A stretch of 64,000 nucleotides of DNA from the NCBI GenBank assembly GCA_047947115.1, contig CP170459.1, forward strand, positions 5,440,001 to 5,504,000. The letters are read 5' to 3'. Position 1 is the first letter of the stretch, and each line of letters opens with the position of its first letter. Below the pieces are notes generated by a model. That model was not told the DNA's origin. It did no database searches and was given only the letters and a program-made list of their open reading frames with translations. Shown piece by piece: positions 62,141-64,000 of the stretch. Made by a program: the position numbers and the translations under genes. Source of the DNA: Verrucomicrobiota bacterium (lineage in GTDB: Bacteria > Verrucomicrobiota > Verrucomicrobiia > Limisphaerales > AAA164-E04).

Positions 62141-63526
62141 ATGGAAAACAATCAAAAGCAAGCACAGGTCGGCGGAGAAGATTCCCGTCGAGGTTTTATC
62201 AAGAAGGCTTCCACTGCCGCCGCGGTGGTTGCTTCCTCGAACATCATCAAAACCCCCGTTTACGGTCAAAACCAGGCGCCCTCCACCGGACGCGTCATTG
62301 GAGCCAATGACCGGGTCAACGTCGGCTACATCGGTGTGGGTGGCCAGGGCCAGGCCCACGTTCGCAGCATGAAGGGGCACAAAGGCGAAAGCAACCTGGC
62401 ACAAGTAGCCGTTTGCGACGTCTCCCAAAGCCGCATGGACCAGGCTCAGGGCATCATCGGTGAAAAGGTCGCTCAATATGAGGACCACCGCAAACTTCTG
62501 GAAGACAAAAACATCGATGCTGTTTGCGTCGCCACCGTGGACCACTGGCACACCATTTGTTCCGTGGACGCCATGAACGCCGGCAAGGACGTTTACTGTG
62601 AAAAACCCATGACCCGTTACCTGACGGAAGCATGGCAGATCCAGGACGCCTGCAAACGCACCGGCCGCCTGATCCAGGTCGGCTCACAAGGTTGCTCGGC
62701 CCGCAAATACCACAAGGCCGCCGAAATCATCCAATCCGGCATGATCGGACCTCTCGTAATGGGAACCACTTCCTACATGCGCAACAACCCAAAGGGTGAA
62801 TGGAACTACACCATCCAGGATTGGGCCACCCCGGACGACATGAACTGGGAGCACTGGCTGGGCGACGTGAACAAGAAGATCCCCTTCAACGCAGATCACT
62901 ACTTCCGCTGGCGTAAATACTATCCTTACTGCGCCGGTCTGTTGGGTGACTTGCTGCCTCACTTGCTCCACCCTTACATGTTGGCCACCGGAGCTCCCGA
63001 GTATCCTGCCCGTGTTGTCAGCTTGGGTAACAAAGCCCTGCGCACCGACAAAAACACCCCCGGCACTTACGAGCGTGACGTGGACGAAAACGTCCAGGCC
63101 ATCATCGAATTCCCTTCCGGATTCAACCTGGTCGTCGCCTCCAGCACCGTCAACGAGCGTAACTTCAACGAATCCATCCGCGGCCACCACGGCACGCTCA
63201 TGATGGGTGGTCTGGGAAGCGTGAAGATCGAACTGATCCCTGAACGCAAATTCTCCGACGAAGTTGACGCCGAAGTGTTTGACGATCTGTTGCCGGGTGA
63301 AGCCATTTCCCACCACGAGAAAAACTGGATCGAATGTATCCGCACCCGCGAACAGCCCAACTGCGGTATCGACCTGGCTGTGAAAGTTCAAACCGTCATT
63401 TCACTGGCTGAAATGTCTGATCGCTTGAACATCATGTGCGTTTACGACGAGAAGACCCGTAAGATCACCACCGGTGACGGCAAAGAAATCAAGCCCATCA
63501 CCTACGGTACCATGGATCTCTCATAG
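62141..63526 (+). CDS. Gfo/Idh/MocA family oxidoreductase with Tat signal
   Basis: SRRGFIK, IGVGGQG, DHWH and YCEKPM. Confidence 0.9.
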   Translation: MENNQKQAQVGGEDSRRGFIKKASTAAAVVASSNIIKTPVYGQNQAPSTGRVIGANDRVNVGYIGVGGQGQAHVRSMKGHKGESNLAQVAVCDVSQSRMDQAQGIIGEKVAQYEDHRKLLEDKNIDAVCVATVDHWHTICSVDAMNAGKDVYCEKPMTRYLTEAWQIQDACKRTGRLIQVGSQGCSARKYHKAAEIIQSGMIGPLVMGTTSYMRNNPKGEWNYTIQDWATPDDMNWEHWLGDVNKKIPFNADHYFRWRKYYPYCAGLLGDLLPHLLHPYMLATGAPEYPARVVSLGNKALRTDKNTPGTYERDVDENVQAIIEFPSGFNLVVASSTVNERNFNESIRGHHGTLMMGGLGSVKIELIPERKFSDEVDAEVFDDLLPGEAISHHEKNWIECIRTREQPNCGIDLAVKVQTVISLAEMSDRLNIMCVYDEKTRKITTGDGKEIKPITYGTMDLS

Positions 63527-63547
63527 CCCGAATCCACAACCATTTGC

Positions 63548-63580
63548 AAAGGGTTCCACCAACAGGGTGGAACCCTTTTT
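63548..63580 (+). terminator. Intrinsic terminator
   Basis: AAAGGGTTCCACC-aacag-GGTGGAACCCTTTTT. Confidence 0.85.
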
Positions 63581-63590
63581 CATGTCGCAG

Positions 63591-63868
63591 GTAGAATCCC
63601 GAGACCTCGGGATCACAGGCGCGCGGTAGATTCCCGATGTATCGGGATCCCTGATCCGCAAGGTAGAACGTGCCGTCCCTGGCGCGCCCTCATGGCAACC
63701 GAACTTAATTTCACCGTCCAAAGGAAACCCAAGAATCATCCAACAGCCCCCCCCACACACGTGAGCGACACAACAAAAAATCCTTCCTACAATCCTTTGC
63801 GTCTTTGCGATAAAAACCACAGCCATTAAAAACCTCGCAGACTTTAAACGGTTCAATGCAAGATTCTC
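63591..63868 (+). repeat. GTAG-hairpin REP-like cluster plus dispersed element copy 2
   Basis: GTAG at 63591, 63626 and 63663, each followed by a hairpin. 63662-63868 resembles 57101-57330. Confidence 0.65.
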
Positions 63869-64000
63869 TCGCGTAAATAATGACGACACTGAAATGGAAA
63901 ACCCATGACACATCAGCCTCCTTTATCCGTATTCACGCAAAGCCGCAAAGGGCACAAAGCTATATTTCAACCAAATCCACCACCTCATACACCACCTCAT

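Overview
Bacterial chromosomal window of mostly housekeeping and metabolic genes. The gene content and style suggest a Verrucomicrobiota (Pedosphaerales/Limisphaerales-like) genome; this is an inference. Recognised genes include hpnH, holA, amtB-glnB behind a sigma54 promoter, nspC with carboxynorspermidine dehydrogenase, hisG, purN, kdsB-pyrG, folC, grpE-dnaJ-rsmE and raiA. It also holds a Tat-exported xanthine-dehydrogenase-family cluster divergent from a sulfite-oxidase-family gene, and a Rieske plus cytochrome b/c pair. The most unusual part is an integrase-less ~4.1 kb array of toxin-antitoxin cassettes (43876-47992) at the 3' end of tRNA-Ser(GGA). It is punctuated by five copies of a core motif whose flanking arms are shuffled like site-specific recombination junctions, and by a 242-bp direct repeat that includes the tRNA 3' end. 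Other signals not explained by the ORF track are a 30-aa ORF copying the dehydrogenase N-terminus upstream of nspC, a His-to-Arg change at a heme bH ligand in cytochrome b, a bS22-like small ORF, an ERIC-like MITE in two copies and several GTAG-hairpin REP-like repeats. All product calls rest on motif recognition only; no database searches were run.
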